Assembly (NCBI RefSeq): GCF_001194135.2
Contig: NC_068997.1
Location: 47,829,845-47,891,906, forward strand
Direction of reading: 5' to 3'
Length of the DNA stretch: 62,062 nt
Source: Octopus bimaculoides
Taxonomy: Eukaryota
Under the pieces are notes generated by a model, which made no database searches, had not been told where the DNA came from, and worked only from the letters and a program-made list of their open reading frames with translations. Below are positions 1 to 13,204 of the stretch, piece by piece. The stretch's first letter is position 1. The number at the start of each line of letters is the position of its first letter. A program made the translations under genes and the position numbers.

Positions 1-2050
1 GATGAAAAGACTTGCTAAGGAAGCCCTTAAGACCAAAAACATGTTGGCTAGAAAACACGACCACAGAAACATCAGCCAGAAGGAAATAAAAGAGGTAGAC
101 ATCTTAAACCAATCATGGGAGCTTTATTAGCTGCAATGAAGACCTGGAAAAAAGTCAATTGCAGAGTGGGATGGCATCAGATGTATTCAGTAGGCTTAGC
201 TAAGATCTAAAACAAGAAACTTGCTTGAAAAATACTTCGCTCCAGGAAATATTAGACATCAAGTGGAATATCTATCAGTAATATGAAGGTCAAAGAGCAG
301 ACACTACTGTCCAACTACAAGCACCGTGTTGGCTGGGCCATGTTATAAGATCACTGATGAACAGACTTGTCAAGGAAGTCTACGTAGAACCCTCTTGGGA
401 CAGCCAAAGATGATCTGACGTCAAATAATCAACCAAGACCATCTGATAAACTTGCAATGGAACAATGCACTGTAGATTTGCCACTAACTGAATCTTTAGA
501 GTTCTTTGACTGCAATATGCATTGCCCAACACAAGTAAGTTTTTCTTCAGGAAATAAAATGTGGGTCTAAACCTAACTCTGGAGAGCTTGTGATTGCCCT
601 TTTTTCTTTTAAGATAATCATGAAGAATTATCCAGAGATAGTGCTATGTGGCCCTTGTGCACAATACTGAAGATCCTGCTTTATACTCGGGTTCTTCTTG
701 ATGAAGGATGCTTTTGGGAGCAACATCATTTAATGTGGGACTTCAGTGGGGTCCAAAAGACACAAACAGAACAGGGTATTTCCTGCACAAATGTAAGGTA
801 TGCAATAATTGCATAAATGCGAATTAATCAGTTCCATAAGAGACAAGAAAAACTTAAACAATTACATGCCATGTGCACTTTACTTCAATTATACAGGCAA
901 AGAGCTAAAATTCACCAGCCCCTTTTTTGTTGAATAGATCGCCCTGTCAGTATGCTTTCTTTCTATAACCTTATGGGGACATTCTATATGACATGTGTCT
1001 GAACCTATGCAGGGACATGTAACTAACTGTATATTGTATCAGAGTTGGCAAGTACAAAGTCTTCTGGCAAAGTCTGGATGGACATTTTTGCTCTTGAGCT
1101 GGAGACAACATTCACAAGTGATGTGGCATAGACTAAGAACAGCAAACCTATGTCGATTCAAATTGCTGTTTAGGAAAAGAAAACAGACACAGGGACTGGT
1201 TTGAAAATGTTCCTCATATCTGATGGGGGGGGGGGTACTTATTGCTGATCCCTTTTTTATTGCATCCAGAGAAAAGCAACTCTAGGTTAAGGGATTTGGT
1301 GGTTGACAAAAAAAAAAAAAAAATTGGTGGACCTGGATTTTGTAAATGACATGACTGCATTAGCAGAACACACACTAGGCCTCCAGATACTGTTCAGTGA
1401 TCTCGGCACTTCAGCAAGCATTGGCTTCAACACAGGCAACAAGAAAATCAGAAACATGTTGACAGGAAAAATACTCCACTGTCACAAATTCAATCAGTAG
1501 GAAATAAAAGTGGTAGGCATCTTAAACCAATCATGGGAGCTTTATTAGGTGCAAAATAAAACCTGGAAAACAAGTCAATTGCAGAGTGGGAATGACATCA
1601 GATGCATTCAGTGGGCTAATTTAAAATATAGAACAAGAAACTTGCTTGAAAAACACTCCAAACACATTTCTATAACAAGGTTCTTTCCATTTTGTGGTTG
1701 AGAAATACAGCACCTGAAAACTGGCCAAGAAAAACTGCACATTGTTGATTGGCAGCAAATGCCTCCAAGAACTATATATCGAGTGGAGGTCAAAGAGCCA
1801 ACCATAGCCTACTGTCCACCAATTACAGGCACCGATGAAGTTAGGTGCGGCATGTCATAAGACCACTGATAAACAGACTTGTCAGGCAAGCCTTTAAGTA
1901 GAAAGGCTCTAGTGACCGTCCAAGATTATCTGACAGCAGACTTAACTGGGCCCTTCATCTAATTGCTGTTTAGGAACAAAAAACAGATACAGAGACTGGT
2001 TTGAAGATGCTCCAAGTATCTGACAGGGGTATTTATTACTCATCCTTGTT

Positions 2051-2850
2051 TTGTATCCAGAAGAGAGCAACTCCAGATTAAGGGATTCAGTGGCTAACAG
2101 GAAAAAATTGGTGGACCTGGATTTTGCAGATGACATCACTGCATTAGCAGAATACACACTGGGCCTCCAGATACTGCTCGGTGATGTCAATACTTCAAGC
2201 ACTGGCTTAAACAGTAGATCAAAAACATGTTGGCTGGGAAACCCTACACTATCACAGAAACATCAACCAGGAGGAAATAAAAGTGGTAGACATCTTAAAC
2301 CAATCATGGGAGCTTTATTAGCTGCAATGAAGGCCTGGAAAAAAGCCAATTGCAGAGTGGAAATGGCATCAGATGCATTCAGTAGGCTTAGTTAAGATCT
2401 AAAACAAGAAACTTGCTTGAAAAATACTCCAAACACATTTCTATAACAAGGTTCTTTCCACTCTATAGCTGAGAAGTACAGCACCTGAATACTAGCCCCA
2501 ACTAAAAATTTAAAAAAATTTAAAAAATGAACATTGTTGATTGACAGTGAATGCTTCCAGGAAATACTCTACATCAAGTGGAGGTCAACGAGCAGACCAA
2601 AATTTGCTCCCCCTCCCCAATTACAGGCATTAATGAAGATGGCTGGGGCATGTTGTAAGACCACTGATGAACAGACTTGTCAAGTAAGCCTTTAAGTAGA
2701 ACCCTCTGGTGACAGTCCAAGATGAACAGATAATTAACCAGGACCTCATCTGATATTCTTGCAATGGAACAATGCACTGAAAGTGGCTGCCGGCTGGATC
2801 TTGGAGTACTGACCCTAGTATGCATTACCCAACATGATAGCACTTACATC
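2051..2850 (+). pseudogene. Best-preserved RTE RT 3' fragment in the array (FADD motif through the thumb/C-terminal region)
   Basis: ORF 2051-2395 contains RKKLVDLDFADDITALAE. Downstream frames resemble the RTE LRWLGHV..M.D.RL.KQ region (GGCTGGGGCATGTTGTAAGACCACTGATGAACAGACTTGTC). Confidence 0.85.
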
Positions 2851-2869
2851 TACATAAGTTATTCTTACA

Positions 2870-3360
2870 AGTCACCCTCAGGTGGATCCTAGTCTGAATA
2901 CATGGATAGTTTCCACAGGAAAAGGCATGCATGAATGATGTAAAAATACTAACAACTGACTGGAGTTGATTTAACTAGAAGTTCCAATAGTGGTGATCTT
3001 AGTGGAAGGTAATATATGATTATACAGTGCTTGTGTAGTAAAGAGATGGATGTAAAAGACAAATCTGAAGGGTTCTCTATGGAAGTCTGGCTTACTGAAT
3101 CATCAGGTTTGATAAGTGAAGATGTCCTGGCACACATACAAAAACAAAATTTCAAAAGGATCCCAATAGTCAACTGACCTAAAGCTTTATGTCATGGGTG
3201 GAATCTGTTCTGCTCCATGGCTCTGCTGTTGGCCCACCATAAGAGACCAGCATTCAGTCACTACAACACATGCACAACTTCTGTGCATAGCCTTTAATAA
3301 TCTTTATACTTACCGTATGTCAAATAAATCACTATATGGTTAAGTGCCTCTCAGACAAAG
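2870..3360 (+). pseudogene. Second, different RTE-like RT C-terminal fragment embedded in the array unit (also at ~4550-5040)
   Basis: GTGGAATCTGTTCTGCTCCATGGCTCT translates VESVLLHGS, matching the RTE VESVLLYGSETW motif. The segment is repeated at ~4550-5040. Confidence 0.65.
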
Positions 3361-5436
3361 ACAGGTAAAATTCACCTGCTGCATCCAGAAGAAAGCAACT
3401 GTAGGTTAAGGGATTCGGTAGTTGACAGGGGAAAAAAATATTTAAGATTGTGCAGATGACATCACTGCATTAACAGAATACGAACTGGGCCTCCAGATGT
3501 CAGCACTTCACCTATAGGCCTCAACACAGACACCAAGAAGATCAAAAACATGTTGACTGGGAACACTACGCTATCACAGAAACACCAACTAGAAAGAAAT
3601 AAAAGTGGTAGTCATCTTAAACCAATCAAGGGAGCTTTATTAGCTGCAACGAAGGCCTGGAAAAAAAAAAAGCCAATTGCAGAGTGGGAACGGCTTCAGG
3701 TGCATTCAGTGGTTAGTTAAAATCTAGAGTAAGAAACTGGCTTGAAAAATACTCCAAACACTTCTATAACAATGCTCTTTCCACTGTAGCTGAGAAGTAC
3801 AGCACCTAAAAACCAGCCAAGAAAAGAAATTGGACATTGTTGACAGCAAATACTTCCAGAAAATACTAGACATCAAGTGGCGGTTTAAGAGTAGACCATA
3901 GCTTACTGTCCACCAAATACAGGCACGAATGAAGTGGGCTGGGCTGTATCATAAGACCACTGATGAACAGACTTGGCAGGAAAGCTTTTAAGTAGAAACC
4001 TCTGGTGACCGTCCAAGATTATCTCAAACCAGGCAATCATCCAGAACCTTCATCTGATAAACTTGCAAGGGAACAATGCACTGTATGTGGCTGCTGACTG
4101 GACCTTCGAGTAATTTAACTTTAGTAGGTATTACCCAGGTTGAGAGCACCTAAGTCCATTTAAGTTATTCTTCAGGAAATTAAATGTAGATTAAGCCTAA
4201 CGCTGAAGTGCTTGCACTTGGCTTTTTCTTGTTATTAAAACTATCATGAAGTATTATATAGAAATAGTGTGTTGTGGTCTCCCAGTAAATTATGCTGGAG
4301 TTCTTGTGAAACCAATTTTGATATTCCTTCATAGAGAAGTATGCTTTTGGAAACATCATTTGATGTGAGACTTCTGGGAGATCTTAGAGAAACAGAGCAG
4401 GGGGATTTTCTGCATAACTGCAACATATACAATGAATGCATAACAATAAGAAATCAGTCCAATGAGCACTTGAATTAAGCAGTTCTCCGTTTTTCACATG
4501 TTAAGCCATGAAGAAGGGTCATTGCCATGATGTTTTTAAACATTTGATACAATGAAAGGTGACCCTCAGATGAATCCTAGTCTGAATACATGAAGTAGTG
4601 CATTTACAGTAAAAGGCATGCATGGATGGGTGTAAAAGTACTAACAACTGACTGGAGTGGATTCAACTGAATGTTTCAACAGTGGTGATCTTAGAAGGGA
4701 AAATGCAATTATACAGTGTTTGTGTAGTAAAGAGATGGATGTAAAAGAAATGAATGTGAAGGGTTCTCTACACAAGTCCTACTTATTGAACCATCAGGTT
4801 TTATGAGCGAAGATGACATGGCACATGTACAAAATTAATCATGACCTAAAATTAAACACTGTTATTCATAGAATCTAGTCTGCTCTTTGGCTCTGCTGTT
4901 GGCCCGCCATAAGAGACCAACATTCAATTACCTAACAGCACATCTACTCAACTTCTGTGCAAAACCTTTAATACTTTTTAAACCTACCATATATCAAATA
5001 AGTTACTATACGGATAAATATTACCCATCAGCTAGACAAAAACAGCTAAAATTCACCGTCCCTTGTTTTGTTGAGTAGATCACACAGTCAGTGTGCTTTT
5101 TTCTATAACCATATAGGGACATTCTGCATGACATATGTCCATGAACTTATGCAGGGACACTCAACTGTATATTATGTCAGAGTTAGCATGTACAAAGTCT
5201 TCTTGGAAAGTCTGGACAGAGATTTTTGCTTTTGAGCTGGAGACATCATTCACTAGTGATGTGGTATAGACTAAAAACAACAAACCTATGTCAATTCAAA
5301 TTGCTGTTTAGGAATAGAAAACTGACACAGGGACTGGTTTGCAAATGCTCCTAGTATCTGGAGGATACTTGTTGCTGATCCTCTTTGTATTGCATTCAGA
5401 GGAAAACAACTCTAGGTTAAGGGATTTGGTGGTTGA

Positions 5437-5473
<37 letters not shown>

Positions 5474-7079
5474 TAGACCTGGATTTTGCAAATGATAGCT
5501 TTCAGATGTTGTTCAGTGATTTCAGCACTTCAGCAAACATTGGCTTCAACACAGGCAACGAGAAAATCAAACATGTTGACAGGGAAAATACTCCACTGTC
5601 ACAAATTCAATCAGTAGGAAATAAAAGTGGTAGACATCTTAAACCAATCATGGGAGCTTTATTATGTGCAAAATAAAACCTGGAAAACAAGTCAATTGCA
5701 GAGTGGGAATGACATCAGATGCATTCAGTGGGCTAATTTAAAATATAGAACAAGAAACTTGCTTGAAAAACACTCCAAACACATTTCTATAACAAGGTTC
5801 TTTCCATTTTGTGGTTGAGAAATACAGCACCTGAAAACTGGCCAAGAAAAACTGCACATTGTTGATTGGCAGCAAATGCCTCCAAGAACTATATATCGAG
5901 TGGAGGCCAAAGAGCAGACCATAGCCTACTGTCCACCAATTACAGGCACCGATGAAGTTAGGTATGGCATGTCATAAGACCACTGATAAACAGACTTGTA
6001 AGGCAAGCCTTTAAGTAGAAAGGCTCTGGTGACCGTCCAAGATTATCTGACAGCAGACTATTAACTGGGCCCTTCATCTGACAGACTTGCAATGAAACAA
6101 TGCACTGAAGGTGACTGCTGACTGGATCCTTTTGGTGTATTTTGACTATAGTAAACATTACCCAGCATGCAAACACCAAAGTCTAAGTTATTCTTCAGGA
6201 AATAAAAGGTGGATAAAGCCCGACTGAACTGCTTGTGATTGCCTTTTACTTGGTTTTAAAATTATCATGAAAAATTATTCAGAGACAGTGCTATGTAACC
6301 TCCCTGCAAATTATGGAGTTGTGAAACTAATTTTGATATTTCGTAGAGAAGATTAATTTTGGTAGCAATGTCATTTCCTGTAGGACTTCTGGGAGATCTT
6401 AGAGACAAGCAGAAGAGTGGCATTTTCTACATAAATGCAACATATACAAAGTCTTCTTGCAAAGTGTGGACCAAGAAGTTTGCTCTCGAGCTAGAGACAA
6501 CAGCAAACCCAAGCTGGTTCCTATTGCTGTAGAAGAACAGAAGACTGACACTGGTACTGGTTTGAAGTTATGACAAGTATCTGATAAGAGTACTTCGTGC
6601 TGATCCCCTTTGAATAGGGCCTAGAAGAAAGCAACTCTAGGTTAAGGGATTCAGTGGTTGACAGGAAAAATAATTGGTAGACCTTTATTTTGCATATGAC
6701 ATCACTGCATTAGCAGAATACATACTGGGCCTCCAGATACTGCTCAGTGATGTCAACACTTCAAGCGCTGGCTTAAACACAAGCACCAAGAAGACCAAAA
6801 AGTTGTTGGATGGAAAACCCTACACTATCACAGAAACGTTAACCAGAAGGAAATAAGAGGTAGACATCTTAAACCAATCATGGGAGCTTTATTAGCTGCA
6901 ATGAAGGCCTAGAAAGAAGCCAATTGCAGAGTGGAAATTGCATCAGATGCATTCAAAAATCTAGTACAATACTACTTTTGAGCCCCTACCGGAGGTGGGA
7001 TTTGAACTATTTGAACGTTTTTGTCCTCCTTAAGAGGGAAACCTTTTTATAGGTTTCCCAGTTTGTGTGGGAAACCAAT

Positions 7080-7895
7080 TTAAGTTTTGCTAATTCGTCT
7101 ATTAATTTCAACTGAATTATGTCGGTTGAAATTATACACGAACAGTGTACTCTCATAGAGAGCGATAATGTAAAGGAAAATAATAATGCAAAAAAAATTC
7201 GCCACAGTTGTTGCAGTGGCAACTGAAAATATTGAAATTAATGTCGATTTATTAAAAGACAAGTTTAAAAGAATGAAGGAGGAGGGTGGTGATGTTACGA
7301 TATTACCCTCCTCCAGTATTTTGGAGACTGAGAAACAGACCGTAGTGTTTAAAACCTTCTGTCCGAAGGACAAAAGGTTTAAACACTTCGACAAAGACAT
7401 AATTGAAAAATACCTGTGCCTGATATGGAAGGACGTAGTGTATATCACAAGACGGCGGGCATAATGGTACTGTTGAGGTCTGTTTCTCAGGGGAAGAGGT
7501 GGCCTGTGAGCATTCCCTGTGTTACATTAAAACCAAAGAGGTGGTACTTCTGCCAACGTATATGGGGAAGAGAACTTACTGCGTTAAAATTAATGAAGTA
7601 CCACCGGAGGTCGACCCTAAAGAAGTGGTGGTCGCCCTGTTGTTTAATAGGACGGACCGAATAAAAATCCTCACAGTGACATGCTCTGCCCTGTAGAATT
7701 GGCTAGGGCGGAGCATCACAGTCATTATTCAGGGGACACAGGAAGAACAGTGATTTTGAGGGGTTATCAGTCGGCGGGCACCGGTGCCCCTCCCATTTTT
7801 ACATTATTGTCATTATCATTGTCATGTCTTTGTCCAGCCCACATTTACTTATCTGTGTTCGGCTTTGATAGCCAATTTGAGGAATAAAAGTAGCT
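7080..7895 (+). mobile_element. ORF1/Gag-like orphan element, copy A (internally deleted)
   Basis: Peptides FATVVAVATENIE...ETEKQTVVFKTF and EVVLLPTYMGKRTYCVKINEVPP align by eye with copies B and C. The 3' end (AAGAACAGTGATTTT...CAGTCGGCGGG...TTTGTCCAGCCCACA...AATAAAAGTAGC) is shared with copies C and D. Confidence 0.7.
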
Positions 7896-9069
7896 TGCTT
7901 ACGCATGCATCAGTAGTTGCTTCTTACCGTAATTGACCGAAGACGTGTAGCTGGTTAGCTCCATCTAAAGAACAAAGGTCACCGTCAATAGTTTTAAATT
8001 AAGATTTTGACTAAGCTATGGTAACCTTAATTTCGAAGAAGAATTGGAATCTAATTTTGTCAAAGCAAGGTTCCATGAAGATTGGTTGCACCAAAAACTT
8101 GTTAATAAATCATGCCTGTATCTTTTCAAACATTGTGTATCTAGATTAAGAACCCTCATTTCTTGTTTGGAACTAATTAGAATGATATTGTTATATAATT
8201 TAGGTAACTAATCAGTAAACTTATCTGGACATGGCCTATCAATTGGACAAATGCTGTTTACAATTGGACATATTTTGTATTAACTTCTCAGTGGCAAAGA
8301 ATTGGAAGCTATTTTTAGTAAAGTAAGCTTAATGTATGTACCTCATCTAAAAACACAATCTACAACATTTGAACAAAATACACTGGCCAGTCAGCCAATA
8401 CTTCATTCTCTACAACCAATTATTAGTATGTTGCAATATTATCAAGCATATCTAATTACTGCTAGCCAACATGGTCACTGCTAATAACATTCCATACAGT
8501 CAGCAGTATGGAGAGCAGGAACCAGAATGTTCTAGCAGTTCCCAGCCTACCAGCTGTCAACATATCGGACAACAGAACATAACTCATCTAATAAGCTTTT
8601 AAGTACAAATATTTATTACAAATATTTATTCACATGCTCATTCACCAGAATATGTTTATGAGGAGGTGCTTTATTAACATAAAAACATTTTAGCCCATTG
8701 ACAACACTGCAGCATAATGTAGTGTAGTTTTGTCTTGCTTTTGGTGCAGCTATCATTTAACTCATAGGAGTGAATTGAAGGAGATAATGCTTGTCATGTG
8801 TCAAGATTGTGTCTCCTGAGAAACCATGCTTACTGGATACATTGCAACCACAGGCTGAAATGGTTTCAGAGTAGATTCAAGCCCCATAGATACAATGCAC
8901 TTGGTTATGCTCTAGTACCACTTCAGTTTATCTGCAGACTTGCAGACCAGGCCCATTTAGTTTAAAGGTTTGGCAAACCCAAAGTCCAAAACTATTCTAC
9001 AACATCTGAAACTGCAGATTGTTAGGACTAATCACCTGATTAACAGCCAGAATTACCAATGAAAAACAA

Positions 9070-9255
9070 TCTTATTTCTGTATTGCCCACAAAGGGCTAA
9101 ACAGAGGGGACAAACAAGGACAGACAAAGGGATCAAGTCGATTACATCGACCCCAGTGCGTAACTGGTACTTAATTTATCAACCCCGAGAAGATGAAAGG
9201 CAAAGTCGACCTCGGCGGAATTTGAACTCAGAACATAAAGACAGACGAAATACTG
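9070..9255 (-). mobile_element. tRNA-derived SINE (cephalopod type)
   Basis: Reverse complement contains GTTCTGAGTTCAAATTCCGCCGAGGTCGACTTTGCCTTTCATC (B-box-like head). The same sequence recurs at ~43320, ~43540, ~44280 and ~55700. Confidence 0.85.
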
Positions 9256-9879
9256 GCATAAAACCTTAGTCCTTTCACTGGTTTTAGCCACGACACTTGC
9301 AGCCCTGCTGGAGCATCTCCAAGTAATTTTTTTTTTTTATGAAGATATATAGACCCCAGTACTGTCTGGTACTTATTTCATCATTCTCATAAGATACGAA
9401 ATGTAAAGTGGACATTGCCATAAAGAAAATTGAGGTACGAGTATCACAGGGAATATCTGTTCAGTTGTAGTCATTCTCTGTTGAATCACTGAAAGGGAAG
9501 ACTACATGCCCAACCTGAAAAATTTGAAGCTATACCCTTATACTGGATTTCCCCATAACTGAATACCTACAAGGACATACAGACTCCTGGATAAATCAGA
9601 AGCAGAATTACATAAGCCATTTTCCTAATGTAATTCTAATCTTGGCACAAAAGTTAGCAGTTTGAGAGAGCATGTTGCTGACTCATTTATGACACTGGTA
9701 CTTTATGAACCCCAAAGGGATGAAGAGCAGAGCTAATCTAAATGGAATTAGAATTCAGTTGACTCTTTTCCCCAGCTCTGAATATTCTAAGATTATTGTC
9801 TGGTGCTGTAATGACAGCTTGACACTTTAAATATGAAAGAAAATTACTTTCTACGTTGTCAAATTGAAATTACAATGTT

Positions 9880-10840
9880 GAAGATGCATATTAGCCATTG
9901 AAAAACACAAAATAACTTCACTGAAACATTCCTTATTGGTGTCAACATTAATTTCAAAAGGGTGATTTTTAAAATATTCATAGCTTATTCAAACTTCTCC
10001 AAAAACATCTTCAACTTCATCAGTTCAATGGATGAAACAAGAGATCAGGTTTTTTTCCAGGTACCCTTGATTCACAGGGAATTAATGTCTATTTTAACAA
10101 AAATATGTTAAACAGCAAGACTTCATTCACTGAGTGAAAATATATCTGCCTAGGTTATCAACCAGAAAATACTGTGCAGAAGATATATATGTTAGCCATT
10201 CAAAAACACAGATTGTTAGCTACACTTAAACATTTGGTATTGACATTAATTCCGAAAAGGTGATTTTTAGGATATTCATTGCTTAATCAAAATTTCTCAA
10301 AAGTAATCTTCAACTTCATCAGTTTGAGGGATCAAACTAGATCCGAGATCTCTTTACAGGTACCCTTGAAACAGATAGCTGATATAAGACAGGCTTTGCT
10401 GGAACCGATATCAAATTTTGATTTTCCCATAAGGCCAGCAGCTTTGAGGGGAGGGGAAGCTAATCATATCAACCCTAGTGGTCAACTGGTATTTGTTGAC
10501 CATGAAAGCAAAATATAGTAAAAATAAATACTTTCAGTCAGTTCACAATTTTGAAACGAAAAATGTCAAATGTGCACAACAGGCTGATGAGTAGTCCCAC
10601 ACTAACAAATGCATTTACTCCATAATACAATGAGAGTACCACACTACTTCACAATGAATTTAAGAGTTTCAATCTGCAAGTGAATATTCATAGCAAAGTC
10701 ACCTTAATTCCAAAAGGTGGCTTCTGGCTATTCATTGCTTAATCAAAATTTCTCAAAAGTAATCTTCAACTTCACCAGTTTGACAGATCAAACAAGAGCC
10801 CAGGTTTCTTTGTATGTACCCTTGAACCAGACACCTGATA
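9880..10840. repeat. Three diverged copies of an unclassified ~200-bp segment
   Basis: The core CATTAATT.CAAAAGG.TGATTTTT...ATCTTCAACTTCA.CAGTT...GTACCCTTGA occurs at ~9885-10075, ~10190-10385 and ~10695-10840. Confidence 0.8.
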
Positions 10841-13204
10841 TATTAATGGTAATTGTTGACTGATGTAGCCATGGTCTTTGTCGGAACAACTAGTTTATTA
10901 ATATTGATTGCGTTGCTAATCAATTAGTGTCAATTGTTAAAAGGTACCAATAGGCTTAAAAATTATAAAGCAAATATTAAAGATAAATAATACATTTTAA
11001 ATATTTTACATCCCAAACTGCCCATTCCTATTTTGCCACTCATTTTGAAATTACAAAAATTGAGTAAATAGGATATTAGATAATATTCCACCAAATAGCA
11101 AGTGGGCTTCACTTTGTAGAAATATAAAACCAAACCAGATAGGTTAGTGATAAAGATGTTAAGATTAGTTCATGCATAACCAACCCCTAATATTGAATTC
11201 ACTTATCACTTGTTAACCAATATGGAATTTTTCAATTATATTATAGAGATACATTCAAATTTAAACTGATGAAGTGAAGCCAGTATCATTAAAAAATATT
11301 GGTTTGTTAAAATAGGCCTTAATGCTTTGTGGTCTAACAACTGCTGTTTTACAATGTCCAATAAAAAGTAAGCTGGGAGACAATATATAAAATAAATCCA
11401 CTATCCAGATGACATGTTTGAGCACAACTAAGGAGGAATCAAACTAAATAAGCAAAGCTATATTAGATCAACCAAGATACAGGCATGACTAATTTAGATA
11501 AATATGTTAAACAGTAACAAGATATTGTTTTACGTATATTCCATTTCAAAAGCAGACATTTCTTTAGATCAATTTTCCATTCAAAATTAAAATTAGGGCA
11601 CTTCAGCCTAATAAATGATTCTAATATGGGCTCAATGCCAGCAATTAAAAAAAAAAAAAAAAGAAAAAAAAAAGCAGCCTTTGCAAAAAGCTTGACCACT
11701 TCTGAGACCCTACTAAAATATTACTCAGATCAAAGTGAACAAGTAAGATTGAAAAAGTTGGTTGAGCAGGACACCTGGCTAATGCCACAATATGAACAGT
11801 ATTCTCATAGGTTTTCCTTTTTCAGAACAGGAATGATTCAGGTCAGCTTGACTTCTGATGGAGCTGGACAGATAAGTTACTTGCTGAAACCCTCTCAGTA
11901 AAGATATATCTGAATTTCAAAGATTTTAGATTCTCTCCACCCATGGTATGCCAAATGAAGCAAATGCTATCTGCTCTATCCAAGCAAACTGCAAAATGTT
12001 TTTCTTATGCAACAATGAGGACACCTAAGCTTCTTTCCATTATAGTCACGGACTACATACTGCAATATGCTATGGTATCTGAAGTAGGCATAACTGTCCC
12101 CACAAAGTTTCACATATTTTGATTTTGCAGGTGGCATCACACTCACAAATGCTCAAATTCCTGACAAACCAGGAGTCACTTCACATTTGTGAAACATCCA
12201 ACCAGTTATGAAAAAGTTGAAAAGTATCAAAACTCAATGTAAAACTAGGCCTGCTTCATGCTACAGTAGAATCTGTTCTGCTCTACAGTCCTGAATAATG
12301 GACTCTCAGTGGCCCAACAATAATTACTAATCAACTGGCCCCCTCCTCCTAAATTTTGGGCCTTGTGCCCCGAGTAGAAAATTACTAAACACGTAAATTT
12401 GACTTCTGCACAAGGCCTTTACCTTTTACGCTGCCTATGTGTCAAGTTACTATGTGGATCTTTAGCACCGGTCAGCCAGATAAAGATGGCTAAAATTCAC
12501 AGGTCACTTTTCGCAAATATCAACCTGTCATTGTGTACCCAATGGAGACTTAAGTTGAGTGGTCAGATGCATGTGATGTATTTCAACTTCTGCAGAACAG
12601 GACTGCACTGTCTCAGAGTTGGCATGCATAATGTCATCTTGCAGAGCCTGGAGGGAAATTTGCTCCATAGTTGAAGTCAACCTCCACAAGTGATATAGCA
12701 AAGACAAATGAAGAAATAGATAGTAGATTACATTGATAAAATATGCACGAGTTGACTACTGGGGTCAATCCCAAAGGGATGAAAGACCTAAGTCAACTTT
12801 GGTAACATTTGATATCAGAACATAACCCAAATAAATAGCATTCCTGTATGCTGATTTCCTCTATTTTAAATATCAAGATGAAGTAGCATTTTACATTTTG
12901 ATAAGCTTGTAGCCAATAAGGTTTCATTTTAGGTTCTGTCAGGCCATCTAATAAAGAAAGTGGTATGGTACTGTCTTTGGAAAAACTGTCATTCACAATC
13001 TTGCTTGATAACAGATCATAGCAAGTCCTAAAAGGAGAGTGTTCAATAAACTAAAATGTTTGATCTGTGCAACTGATTGACCAAGTCAGCTTTTGCCATC
13101 TATTAGTGACAAACCATCAGTTTAGAAAATAGAGGAAAAAATGAAAGATTTGTATTTCCATTATGTAACTGCATGCATAGAAACTGCAAAAGCCATCCCA
13201 GAAG

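Larger units (their letters stand above)
1..6955 (+). repeat. Degenerate tandem array of RTE-clade LINE reverse-transcriptase fragments (at least 6 copies of a shuffled ~2 kb master unit)
   Basis: The anchor GGTAGACATCTTAAACCAATCATGGGAGCTTTATTAG recurs at ~94, 1511, 2284, 3605, 5628 and 6858. Translations give LVDLDFADDITALAE (RT catalytic motif) followed by ANCRVEMASDAFSRLS, typical of the RTE RT C-terminal half. All copies carry stops or frameshifts. Confidence 0.9.

Noticed and set aside
350-400. CTGATGA in the array units as hammerhead cores (also ~2665, ~3959)
   Set aside because: It falls in RT coding sequence (the M.D.RL region) and has no stem II/GAAA geometry.
8835-9005. Minus-strand coding exon bounded by apparent splice sites
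   Set aside because: It has stops in all three frames. I found no coding exon of the putative host gene anywhere in 1-37784.
10580-10625. CTGATGAGTAGT...ACTAAC-AAA-TGCA-TT as a hammerhead
   Set aside because: G12 is missing, the triplet is non-cleavable and there is no stem I; probably chance.
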